From the IMG/VR virus record IMGVR_UViG_3300046002_003930, positions 64,001 to 87,314 of that record: 23,314 bases of DNA. The stretch is one strand, 5' to 3'. Of this stretch, positions 14,573 through 23,314 are shown piece by piece; the first letter of the stretch is position 1; the number at the start of each line of letters is the position of its first letter. The notes under the pieces are model-generated. The model worked only from the letters and a program-made list of their open reading frames with translations. It was not told the DNA's origin and searched no databases. This DNA comes from a virus. Its lineage: Duplodnaviria; Heunggongvirae; Uroviricota; Caudoviricetes. The position numbers and the translations under genes were made by a program.

Positions 14573-16881
14573 TAATATAATCCTGTTGTAAACCCGGTAG
14601 CGGTAATATCACCAGTCATCGTGGAATCCCGGAAGATAGTTCCATCATCGTCAAACACTGACACAATAGGACCGGTTCCTCCAGTACCGCCAACGGTTAA
14701 GGTCGGCGTTGTGGGGAATACCACTGTAACGTCAACGTCTGGGGTTGTGGGCGGGTCAAAAGTAGTTACTGTTGTACCAATCAGCTCAGGAATCGTTCCT
14801 GAGTGCAATACCCAGTTAAACGTGTTCATAGTCCAAACATTACCACTTTTAGTCATAGTAAATGTTTTTGTGGCAGGAATTCCATCTACTTTACCCAGTG
14901 CTGGGTCTGCGCTAAATCTAAAGCGAGTTTCAATTACACCATCTGGACGTGCAAATGCCCACTTATCGATAATTTGAACAGTTTGTCCAGTACTAAGAAC
15001 AACCGTATCTCCTAGTAGGAAGTTGTTTGCATTTTCGGAAGTCATACGCTCATCATGCGCATAGCTTTCGTCATAATTATAGCAATCTAGAACACGACCA
15101 CGTGTCACAAACTCTAGGTCTGGAACTGTAGTCTCGCCTTCTTTAATTACGACCTTAACAACAACGTAAGCTGTATCCAATAGACGGTGGTTCGGCCCCC
15201 AATACTCAGAAGTATCGCTACCTGTCCAATAATCATTTTGAACTTTAAAGTTCTCAGCTTTAGCTATTTCAACAAGGTTAGAGGCTGCAAGTTGATCTTC
15301 CGTGCCAGAGAAGAAATCTATTGTAATTTCTTGTGGTGCGGTTAGCTTAATGCTTTCGCCGCCGATAACACCTTTACCAGTTCCATCCGCTGCTTGGTTA
15401 ACACTAGGAGAAACATAGTTAAGATAGTCTACGATTGAGTTACGGTTGAAATCATGGTTCCATACGTCTCGCAAGTCATCGGTGTCATAGAAAGGAAGGG
15501 TAGTACCGCCCTGATTGGAAGTACCGCCTAAAACATCTCCTCTATCTGCGCGCCCACGGCATATTAGATCAACAGTACCTTCCGTATTCTGAATACTCCG
15601 CGCATCTGAATCTTCTTGATTATTACATATAAGAGATTTGCCATCAATTAGAACATCGTATAGTCCGCCAATTTCACCCTCAGCCAAAGCGTATACCATA
15701 TAAACAGTGGAACTATCTGTCTTTAGAGTATCGGCAAATACTGGGGTGCCAACTAAGGTACGCACTCCGTAAATGATTGGAATACTTTTTGCTTGTAGTT
15801 GGAAGTCTAGCGCAGTATTACGCTCCTCCGGAACCGTTGTAGTTTTGATTTTTACTTTTGTGCCAATACCAAGGAACCCGCGCTTTGTTCTAACGGTAAT
15901 TTTATCTACCATTACTGTATAGCTAGCTAACAGGTTAAGGGATGTTTCGGAGTGGATGAATCCTTTGTCATACGCATAAATTGGTTTAATGGCAGAATCC
16001 GGTTGTGGATTGCCATTCTGATCTAGTGCGCGATGGAATTCATCGGATGTAATACGCCCACGTACTTGGGCGAAATCACCCCAGTGACTTGTTAGACCCC
16101 ATTGAACTCTAATTCCGCTGTCATCATCTTCGAATGTTACATTCGTAATAATACCACGAAATAGAAGTACTGGTCCAACTGTACCACTCACGTCAGGAGT
16201 GGCACCAACAAGAGCTCCGTCCTGGAAATAAGCACGGTAGATGTATACTTCGCGGTTAATAAACGAGGCATAGTCAGTAGCATTTTTATTTACTAATACG
16301 CTAAGAATTTCTTCGGAAGCAAGTGTTGCTGTAATTGTAGCTGTGCCAGTTGTTAGTTCGTCATCAATTTTTGTTAGACGAACTACTCCGCTGGCACGAA
16401 AACTATGTATATTAAATGAACCGGTACGTGCGCCGGATAGGATAATTTTATCCCCTTCACGGAAGCCGTTCGCGACTAAGTCTACAGTCCATTGCGTGTC
16501 CCACACTCCGGCAGAAACACTTGTGATTACCACCGAACCAGTTACGCTACCGCCAATACCATTGGCGTCTAAAGTAAGTGTGCATGAGTCTGCCTTGGCC
16601 TCTACAGACTCTTGGAAACTAGATACCTTTAGTACCTTATTTGCAATATAAGTCTGTGCACCATTTGCAACACCATTTAGATCAGTACTAAGGTCATCGA
16701 AGATTACGTCACGACTGCCATCGGTTAGGTAGGTGTAGCGCTCTGCCGAAGTCGATACCTTGCCAGAAAGAGCATTTGGGCGACTTGGGCGTTCAAATTT
16801 GATAAGGTGCGCATACTTAAAAGGCGCATTGCTTGTAAGCAGCGCCTTTAAGTCAGTATGAATTACTCTTTCAGTTTGCAT
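14572..16881 (-). CDS. Baseplate hub protein, N-terminal part (T5 pb3-like)
   Basis: YLTDGSRDV, GPVLLFRGIIT, TSDEFHRAL, YDKGFIHSE, LDFQLQAKSIPIIYGV..GTPVFADT, VYALAEGEI and EYW...RLLDTAYVVV....VPDLEFVTRG. It lies directly after Dit with a TAATG overlap. Confidence 0.88.
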   Translation of the reverse strand: MQTERVIHTDLKALLTSNAPFKYAHLIKFERPSRPNALSGKVSTSAERYTYLTDGSRDVIFDDLSTDLNGVANGAQTYIANKVLKVSSFQESVEAKADSCTLTLDANGIGGSVTGSVVITSVSAGVWDTQWTVDLVANGFREGDKIILSGARTGSFNIHSFRASGVVRLTKIDDELTTGTATITATLASEEILSVLVNKNATDYASFINREVYIYRAYFQDGALVGATPDVSGTVGPVLLFRGIITNVTFEDDDSGIRVQWGLTSHWGDFAQVRGRITSDEFHRALDQNGNPQPDSAIKPIYAYDKGFIHSETSLNLLASYTVMVDKITVRTKRGFLGIGTKVKIKTTTVPEERNTALDFQLQAKSIPIIYGVRTLVGTPVFADTLKTDSSTVYMVYALAEGEIGGLYDVLIDGKSLICNNQEDSDARSIQNTEGTVDLICRGRADRGDVLGGTSNQGGTTLPFYDTDDLRDVWNHDFNRNSIVDYLNYVSPSVNQAADGTGKGVIGGESIKLTAPQEITIDFFSGTEDQLAASNLVEIAKAENFKVQNDYWTGSDTSEYWGPNHRLLDTAYVVVKVVIKEGETTVPDLEFVTRGRVLDCYNYDESYAHDERMTSENANNFLLGDTVVLSTGQTVQIIDKWAFARPDGVIETRFRFSADPALGKVDGIPATKTFTMTKSGNVWTMNTFNWVLHSGTIPELIGTTVTTFDPPTTPDVDVTVVFPTTPTLTVGGTGGTGPIVSVFDDDGTIFRDSTMTGDITATGFTTGLY

Positions 16882-17609
16882 TATGGGAGAATCTCTTCAA
16901 GGTTTAGCTGGAACTGGAATAGGTTGTCAGTCGACAGCTGATACTCTAATACATCGGCTTTTTGAACTACACGCATTGCTGGGTTAATCCAGTTAATTAC
17001 CGAGTTATCCGCTACTGCTCGTACTAGTGGTGGATGGATATGTAATCGCATCTGGCTAGTAGTTGGTTGTGTAGTACCGACTTGATATAGCGCGTAAGTT
17101 TCTACTCTAGTAACACGGTAAAACTTAAGATGATTTACATCTGTAGAATCCGTAATCGTGAAACAGTCCATTGGCGCAGCATATGCAGGGAACGTTGTAG
17201 GTGTGTCAATAAGCAATGTTGAAGAATCTGCTACATGCGCACCAACCGTTCTAATAACCTCGCCTTCTGCGTGAGTAGCGAAAGTAGCATTACTTGGTCG
17301 GCTATGTTGCGGTAGGACCACAAAGAAAGGGTTTAACCTTCCATTGTGTGCTTCCAGAAAACTTACGATCGGGCTAAATTGAGCCTTCTTCATCGGGTTA
17401 TACGAAATGTTTATTTCCCAGTGATGTGCGCCGGACGTAGCATGAATACCGCGCCCGCTTAGCGTGCGAGAAACTTGCACAGGCAAATTTGAACTCATAG
17501 ACACACTGGCGAAGCCGGCAGCAGTGCTGCCGGCTCCAACCGAACCCGCGTCACTTACAGTGAACGTAGGGTCTGGTAAACGATTGTTAAATGTTGCAAA
17601 AGTTGCCAT
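16881..17609 (-). CDS. Distal tail protein (Dit, T5 pb9-like), 242 aa
   Basis: Located between tape measure and hub genes. Motifs RLPDP, GFASVS, SRTLSGR, WEINISYNPM....FSPI..FL...GRLNPFFVVLPQ, and the C-terminus YQLSTDNLFQFQLNLEEI. The start is ATG 17609 with an AGGA SD; the track's TTG at 17660 is the promoter -35 box. Confidence 0.85.
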   Translation of the reverse strand: MATFATFNNRLPDPTFTVSDAGSVGAGSTAAGFASVSMSSNLPVQVSRTLSGRGIHATSGAHHWEINISYNPMKKAQFSPIVSFLEAHNGRLNPFFVVLPQHSRPSNATFATHAEGEVIRTVGAHVADSSTLLIDTPTTFPAYAAPMDCFTITDSTDVNHLKFYRVTRVETYALYQVGTTQPTTSQMRLHIHPPLVRAVADNSVINWINPAMRVVQKADVLEYQLSTDNLFQFQLNLEEILP

Positions 17610-17626
17610 GATATGTCCTAGTTGAA

Positions 17627-17652
17627 TAATAATTATATACACATAATTATTA
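17627..17652. repeat. Operator-like inverted repeat overlapping the -10 box and spacer
   Basis: TAATAATTAT-ATACAC-ATAATTATTA. The arms are 10 bp, and each contains the palindrome ATAATTAT. Confidence 0.6.
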
Positions 17653-17660
17653 AATGTCAA
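17632..17660 (-). promoter_or_regulatory. Perfect-consensus sigma70 promoter driving Dit and downstream tail-tip genes
   Basis: TTGACA (17660-17655), a 17-nt spacer, then TATAAT (17637-17632), in the short intergenic gap upstream of the Dit SD. Confidence 0.88.
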
Positions 17661-17678
17661 TCATAATTTTGACCTAAA

Positions 17679-20600
17679 TTATAAGCGGCCAACATTAGGT
17701 TTATTGTATACTTGAGTATTCACATTCTCTAAGAAAGTCTGCCCGCTATTGTTTGCAGCTTCTCTTAGCATAGTAATTAGATTACCGCGTTGTCCGTACA
17801 GTATTTCTTCAACGCCCTTTGCATCAAGTGCTTGAATGTTGATGTTAACTGGTGGAAGCGCGCGCTGCGAACCCTCGTTATCGTTAGTTGGACGTACTGT
17901 GATTGGAGTGTCTGGAGTAATGGTTTCCGGACCATGCTCTCCAACTACGAAGGCGGTGTTGCCATATCCTCTTGGCATAGCTCCACCATAAGCAGAACCA
18001 ATTAGAGAATAGTTAGCAGAACTTGTACCGCGCCCACGTGCACCTCTTAGGTACCCGATTTCTCCTCCGGCATTGGGGTTATTCTTTGCCAGATCGACAC
18101 CGTCGCCTCGTTTGCCTATGGATATGCTAGAGGGTGCGGACACCGACGCTGTGGAGGCAGCACCACCACCGTACGACGTTCCAGCAATCATTGCTATTTG
18201 GGCTGCACCTAATGCTCCCATAGCCACAGCCATTCCGATATTGAAAGGACTGCCAGGGAACGGAGGAGCTGCTAGCGCGCCTACTACCGCTGCGGCAGTA
18301 GACATTACAGCTTGTGCAATCATAAGCTTTTTGTTAACTTCAAAGGCTTTACGTGCAGTCGCATCTTTCTTCTTTTCTAGTGCAGCAATTTTTGCCACAC
18401 TGTCGGCTGATTTACCATCACGTTTCTGCTCTGCTGCAATTTCCGCATCTATTCCAGCAATTTTAGATGCGCTAGCTGCTGCTAGTGCTCCTTGAATGGT
18501 AGATAATGCTGCATTTGCTACCTGAGCCCCCGCCTGGAATTTATCGGCGATGCTTACGTCTTTTCCATTGAATACTGCAAATGCAGATTCCGCGGTAACC
18601 GCAATTAAAGATAGCCCTGCCACAAGATTTTTCATTGCCTCGCCGTCGGGGCCAAGCTGATCAAATCCAGCAAGAATTTCAGTTATTCCTGCATTATACT
18701 GCTCCACAAAGTCTGCAATAGGAGTATTTAGGACTTGAGTTTGGGCGGGGGTTGCGGACGACACTGCTGCGGATTTATCGCCTTGAACAATAACATCGTT
18801 AAGTTCCGAAACTCCGGCAGCAATAGCTGCCGGTATTACAGAAGCTAAAGTCTCGGTTACGATTGCGGCCCCAGTAGGTATACCGTCGCTTACTGCCTGA
18901 ATCATCCCAGAAGCAATATTGTTAGTAGTTGCTGCACCTGCTTGCTCCATAAGCGCCGCTGCTTCTGCGTAGCGAGTAAATCCGCGGGCAAACTCAACAT
19001 GCATATGGTTAAAGTGGCCTTCAGTTTGCCATAGTACTGTTGCACCTAAAGCTCTGAATTCTGCCGCTAATCTATCGTACTTAGCTTTTTCAGCCGGGTC
19101 GGTAGACTCACCAGTGCCAGGGCGAGAGTATAGATCGACGCCGCGACCTTCATAATGCGCATTGCCAGCATGGCCAGCAACTAACTTACCTGAGGCATCT
19201 CTGCGGCGTGCAGTTACGCTACCTGTTTGTACACTTTCGTGCGCATTTACACCTACTTCTGCTGCTCTTGCAATTACCCAGCGTATCGCGGCATCAGCAG
19301 AAGCTAGATTCGGTCCACCCGTTGTTGAGGCTGTCGCTGGTGCGATATCAGATACTCCAGAAACAACTTGTCTTAACTTATCAAGCGCAGCTGTTAATGC
19401 CACATTAGACTCTGTTAAGTTAGGTACAGCAAGTGCCGATGGATCTAATGTATTTGGAAGAACAGTATTAATTGGCTCACCAGTAGCGGAGTAATTTATG
19501 GCAGTATTAGCTGCCGAACGTCTACGGGCCTGTAAGTTTGCTACATCTGCAATCCTACTGCCAGGATTTGAGCCTCCTTCACGTCGTGAAGCAATGTTAA
19601 GAGCTAGCCCTGCGTTTTCTACTCCAATTATAGCGGCCCTTCTAGCTAACAGTCTTGAACCTTCCGTGTTAGCAGAGGTTAGATTAGTGATAATTGCATC
19701 TAACTGGTCTGTTTGTTGGCCAGTTAAGCCTACTATTTCTCTTCTTTGCTCCAGTTCTGCTAGCATTAATACGCGCTGCGCATCGAGCAATGAGAACTCC
19801 AGATCAATCATAGCTAGTTTAAGCTCTAAACCGTCTACAAGTAGCTTGTATTCAAGTTCTTTAGCCTCTAACGAACTGGCTTCTGTATAAGCTTCTGAAT
19901 CGGCAATTCCTCTTTCTCTACGCGCTAATGTTGTGCGTAGCGTGGATTGCTCTTGCTCTAAGCGTAGTAGCTTATTCTGTTCTTCAACAGCTTTTTCTAT
20001 ATACTCAAGCGATTGTTTTTGCCACTCTAGACCTTCTTTTCTAATGTTGAAGGAAGCTAGCTCTAATTCCTTAAGTCTCGCAGCGCTGTCTAGGCGTTCA
20101 TTTTCTCTTGCCTGCAGAATTAACGTATCGTTTATTCTAGTTTGGAATAGAGCATCGGCTGCAATATCGGCAGCGCCTGATGTTCTTCTAGCATTTGCTT
20201 CTGCTCGCTCAGCCGTAATATTAGCAATAACTACAGCGTCTTGAACACGTTTTTTACGCAGCTCTTCCGCCGTGCTAGCTCTTTGTAGAGCTAATTGCTC
20301 CATGAGAGTGCCATTTAATCCATTTTGAATATTGGAAATTTTAGCGAGATTTACCGAATGTTCAAATTCTACAGCTCGTGTAGCTTCGGCTAGATTATAT
20401 AATTCCGTAGCTGTCTTTAATCTTGCTGTCTGAATTTGGGCGTCTTTTTCTGCTTGAGTTACTTGGCTAATGGCAATAGCTGCGATTTGGTTTTCTAGAG
20501 CCAGTTGGGATTGTCTTGCTGCTGCAATACTTCCTGTGGCCGACTCTATGCTATCTAATTGCGCTATAGCCGTATTACCACGCTCTATTTGCTGGTCGAT

Positions 20601-23314
20601 AGCAGTAAGGTCCCAATCAAGACCATCATGCTTAGAATTATAGGTTTGATATAGGATTTTAAGTCTTTGGTTCTCTTGAATATTGGCTTCTAGTAGAGTT
20701 CTATAAGCGGCATTATCCATGCCTTGGATTAGTTGGAGTATTTTTAACCGATCTATAAGAGCTTCGTTCTTTTCTATTTCTGTGTCTAAAATGGTTTTTT
20801 GAACGTTTAATCTGGCTATCTCTAGTGCTTTAATCCCATTCTCAGCATCGATTTGTGCTGCTACTCCTTCTGCTGTTAAAGCATTGTCTCTAGAGTGCAC
20901 GCTTAGCAAAGCTTTAGCAGTATTTATTTGTCCTTGTAATACAATATCTTGACTTTGAAGAATGGCCAGTTTTATATTTTGAGCTTTGATCTCTTCTCGA
21001 ACAACAGACAAATTACCTTTTCTTAGCTCAAATAATTTTTTTGCCTCAGCTAAGTCTGTCGCATAAGTTGCAGCTCTTTCATTTTCAGGTTGCAGTTCTA
21101 ACCTTCTTAGTGCTGCAATAGAAGTCTCTAACTCTTTTAAGCCATTAAACGCATCAGCAGAAAGAGTATTTCTTGTTTTTTCACCAATAGAAGTTAATAT
21201 AACCTGCCAATCATTTGCCACTGCTATACCATTAGCGGTTGCGCCAGTTAAGGCATTAATTGAAGATACCACCTTAGAAGATGAAGTTACTAGGCCATCA
21301 AACGGAGTTTTTGTAGATGCTGCGGCTAAATAAGCTACATAGGCATTTTCTAATTCAGTTAGGCTAGTAGTTAGATTTTGTACTAACTCTGCTGCTCCAG
21401 CAGATCGTCGCCCGATTTCGGCAATTATTTTAGGCAATCTTTCATTGATCTCAGCCCGACTTAAATCATCGATCCCGCCGTAAAGGTCTATTACGTTATC
21501 AGTAACTTCGGGTAGCAGTCTATTCATGCTATCCAATGTATTTAGAGCTGCTGGGTCGTCTAATTGTCCGTCGCCCGCTCCAATTCTATTTAGAATTTCC
21601 GAGTTTCTAGCTACTCCGGCAGTTCTAGAACGGACAGCCAGTCTACCTACTTCTAATTCTGGGGTCAGGGTCTCTATAAAAGATGCTGGTTTACTAGATA
21701 GCGCCCCTCGCCCACCCGGTGTACCATTTGCAAGTTGAGCTTCTGCTGCTTTTTTTGCTTCGTCTGCGACCCGCTTATAAGTATCAGCCAGCTCGGTAGC
21801 CGCGTTGCTTTGTATAATAATTTGCTGAGCAACTCTAGCTGCTGCCGAAGCCTGGCTATCTCTTACCTTTAGCAGGGCTTTCTCTTTTTCAATAGTATTT
21901 TCAGTTATTGCTAAAACTTCTTTCAGAGCCTTTTCTCTTCTTTTCATGCTTTCTGGCTTCAGGAAAGAATCCCAAAGCTGCACAAGTACCCCTATAGCAA
22001 CGACTACCATGCCTATATATGGAATTGCTGCTAAAAGTGCAGCCCCCAACATTTTCAAGCTTAGCCCAAACGCATAAGCTGCAGTTCTGCCAGCAACCAT
22101 GGTTCGTTGGAACAGGGTTGTAGCTCCAGTAGCAACCATAGTTTGCTGAGCATAGGATAGTATACTGGCCTTAAGGAATGATACGGATTGTCCGAAATTT
22201 AAAGAAGACGCCGCAGCTACAGCATTAGATGCCGTTTGTGTAGTGGTTGCTTTATGATTTGCATGTAGAGCCTGTGTTAGTTCTACCGTAACTTCACGGT
22301 GCATTCTGATAGATGCCCGAGCCTGTTCTCGTATTGTGGCATTACCTGTTAGTGTATTGCTGTGAGCTTTTTCAATTCTTTCCGAATTAGCAATAGCAAC
22401 CGCATTTCTTTCCAAAGCTTTTGTATAGTCATCAACACCTGCAGCATCGCCTAGCTTCTTAATAGGGTTTAGATAGCTTGGGTTTTGGTTGAATTCTAGA
22501 ATGTCTTTTTGCTCTTTTAAGGCAGATTCTTTAGCATCTTTGGCAATGCTTGCGGCTTTATCAGTAATACTTAGAAGCCCAGGTAGTAGCTGTGACTTAA
22601 GGGTAGATAAAAATAGTACACCCGCGCCTGCTAAAGCAGTCATATTGTTTGCGAAGAACCCAGCAATATTTAAACCGCCAAGAGCATTGACGGTGTTTAA
22701 TATATTCTTTGCTAGGTCCGCAAATGTCGCTGCTAATTTGTCATAGTTCTTTAGATTGCCAGCAGCATCCGAAACACCACCAAACTTAAGCTCCCCTTCG
22801 GCCATGACAGCATTCATAAAGCCTTGTCGCTTTTCAAGCGTAGTTAGGGAGGTTACTGGCTTACCAAGTTGTAAAGCATAGGCAGCACTAGCTTCTCCCA
22901 GACGTGTCATTAGGCCAAGTTCGTCCAGAAGTTCTGGTTCAAGCTTAATGACACCTCGAGTAAGACGATCCATAGAATCGGTCATATCTCGACCAAGAGC
23001 CAGAGACACGTCAGATGCTAGCTTACCAATTTTTAATACGGCATCGCTCTTGAATCCGGCAGAAGTAATCTGCGCGGTAGAGCGTAATGCTTGCTCCGTG
23101 CTAATAGCATTATTAGTTACCTCTCTTAACCCTTTTGCAACAATACCAAGGCTTTGACCGCTGCGCGCACCTAGAACCTCAAGACCGCGCGTGATTTGCT
23201 CAACCTGCGCAGCACCCTTGAGTGCGTTAAATGCCGCGGTGACGGCGAATACGTTAGCGGCGAGAGTAGCATAAGCACCAACGATACCGCCACCCTCGCC
23301 CATTGTACGTGTTC
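17679..23314 (-). CDS. Tape measure protein (T5 pb2-like), 5'-truncated by the window edge
   Basis: The frame is open to the window end (TRT precedes the track's Met). It has the pb2-type motif GAYATLAANVFAVTAAF..L and LGRD..DS.DRLTRG..KLEPELLDELG, a long Ala/Leu/Glu coiled coil, two hydrophobic regions, and C-terminal VVGEHGPE. Confidence 0.93.
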   Translation of the reverse strand, partial: TRTMGEGGGIVGAYATLAANVFAVTAAFNALKGAAQVEQITRGLEVLGARSGQSLGIVAKGLREVTNNAISTEQALRSTAQITSAGFKSDAVLKIGKLASDVSLALGRDMTDSMDRLTRGVIKLEPELLDELGLMTRLGEASAAYALQLGKPVTSLTTLEKRQGFMNAVMAEGELKFGGVSDAAGNLKNYDKLAATFADLAKNILNTVNALGGLNIAGFFANNMTALAGAGVLFLSTLKSQLLPGLLSITDKAASIAKDAKESALKEQKDILEFNQNPSYLNPIKKLGDAAGVDDYTKALERNAVAIANSERIEKAHSNTLTGNATIREQARASIRMHREVTVELTQALHANHKATTTQTASNAVAAASSLNFGQSVSFLKASILSYAQQTMVATGATTLFQRTMVAGRTAAYAFGLSLKMLGAALLAAIPYIGMVVVAIGVLVQLWDSFLKPESMKRREKALKEVLAITENTIEKEKALLKVRDSQASAAARVAQQIIIQSNAATELADTYKRVADEAKKAAEAQLANGTPGGRGALSSKPASFIETLTPELEVGRLAVRSRTAGVARNSEILNRIGAGDGQLDDPAALNTLDSMNRLLPEVTDNVIDLYGGIDDLSRAEINERLPKIIAEIGRRSAGAAELVQNLTTSLTELENAYVAYLAAASTKTPFDGLVTSSSKVVSSINALTGATANGIAVANDWQVILTSIGEKTRNTLSADAFNGLKELETSIAALRRLELQPENERAATYATDLAEAKKLFELRKGNLSVVREEIKAQNIKLAILQSQDIVLQGQINTAKALLSVHSRDNALTAEGVAAQIDAENGIKALEIARLNVQKTILDTEIEKNEALIDRLKILQLIQGMDNAAYRTLLEANIQENQRLKILYQTYNSKHDGLDWDLTAIDQQIERGNTAIAQLDSIESATGSIAAARQSQLALENQIAAIAISQVTQAEKDAQIQTARLKTATELYNLAEATRAVEFEHSVNLAKISNIQNGLNGTLMEQLALQRASTAEELRKKRVQDAVVIANITAERAEANARRTSGAADIAADALFQTRINDTLILQARENERLDSAARLKELELASFNIRKEGLEWQKQSLEYIEKAVEEQNKLLRLEQEQSTLRTTLARRERGIADSEAYTEASSLEAKELEYKLLVDGLELKLAMIDLEFSLLDAQRVLMLAELEQRREIVGLTGQQTDQLDAIITNLTSANTEGSRLLARRAAIIGVENAGLALNIASRREGGSNPGSRIADVANLQARRRSAANTAINYSATGEPINTVLPNTLDPSALAVPNLTESNVALTAALDKLRQVVSGVSDIAPATASTTGGPNLASADAAIRWVIARAAEVGVNAHESVQTGSVTARRRDASGKLVAGHAGNAHYEGRGVDLYSRPGTGESTDPAEKAKYDRLAAEFRALGATVLWQTEGHFNHMHVEFARGFTRYAEAAALMEQAGAATTNNIASGMIQAVSDGIPTGAAIVTETLASVIPAAIAAGVSELNDVIVQGDKSAAVSSATPAQTQVLNTPIADFVEQYNAGITEILAGFDQLGPDGEAMKNLVAGLSLIAVTAESAFAVFNGKDVSIADKFQAGAQVANAALSTIQGALAAASASKIAGIDAEIAAEQKRDGKSADSVAKIAALEKKKDATARKAFEVNKKLMIAQAVMSTAAAVVGALAAPPFPGSPFNIGMAVAMGALGAAQIAMIAGTSYGGGAASTASVSAPSSISIGKRGDGVDLAKNNPNAGGEIGYLRGARGRGTSSANYSLIGSAYGGAMPRGYGNTAFVVGEHGPETITPDTPITVRPTNDNEGSQRALPPVNINIQALDAKGVEEILYGQRGNLITMLREAANNSGQTFLENVNTQVYNKPNVGRL
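18985..19300 (-). other. Hedgehog/DD-peptidase-like (M15/LAS) Zn-peptidase module embedded in the tape measure protein
   Basis: An H-x6-D motif (HYEGRGVD) and a downstream HxH motif (NHMHVEF) interrupt the coiled-coil sequence. Confidence 0.75.

Noticed and set aside
12566-14574. Stop-codon recoding as the explanation for the split hub
   Set aside because: The downstream ORFs are in a different frame, so readthrough cannot join them. TAA and TGA act as normal stops elsewhere in the window.
14589-14595. GGGTTTA heptamer just before the hub split as a -1 frameshift site
   Set aside because: It is in the wrong phase: the reading frame is ACC GGG TTT ACA, so the tRNAs could not re-pair after a -1 slip.
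17610-17660. Track start of Dit at TTG 17660 (also track starts at 107, 4537 and 6005)
   Set aside because: The TTG is the -35 box. In each case a downstream ATG has a better SD, gene overlap or family N-terminus.
7148-23157. Numerous 60-140 aa alternative-frame and antisense ORFs within the fibre, hub and tape measure genes
   Set aside because: These are expected shadows of Ala/Gly/Thr-rich long genes and have no independent evidence.

Overview
This is a segment of a lytic tailed-phage genome with T5-like (Demerecviridae-type) gene families and order. The + strand carries the end of a replication block: a partial Zn-ribbon ORF, a D14-like Holliday junction resolvase, an inserted GIY-YIG homing endonuclease, a D15-like flap endonuclease and a class II ribonucleotide reductase. 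This block meets the - strand late block at a bidirectional terminator. The late block, in transcription order, is: tape measure protein (5'-truncated, carrying a Zn-peptidase module), a perfect sigma70 promoter, Dit, a pb3-like baseplate hub split across two ORFs, a 1979-aa FN3-anchored modular tail fibre with an S74 chaperone, a putative tip adhesin, a small orphan ORF, a palindrome-rich spacer and a three-gene lysis cassette. The best candidate for an undescribed system is the lysis cassette. A holin-like single-TM/coiled-coil protein carries a clear PAS-fold domain, is translationally coupled to a 4-5 TM orphan membrane protein and a GH19 endolysin, and has no recognisable spanin. The second candidate is the hub/fibre region, which is broken into three coupled ORFs at what look like intra-domain positions. 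All family assignments come from motif recognition by eye and from memory; no searches were run. I saw no tRNA, rRNA or CRISPR array.
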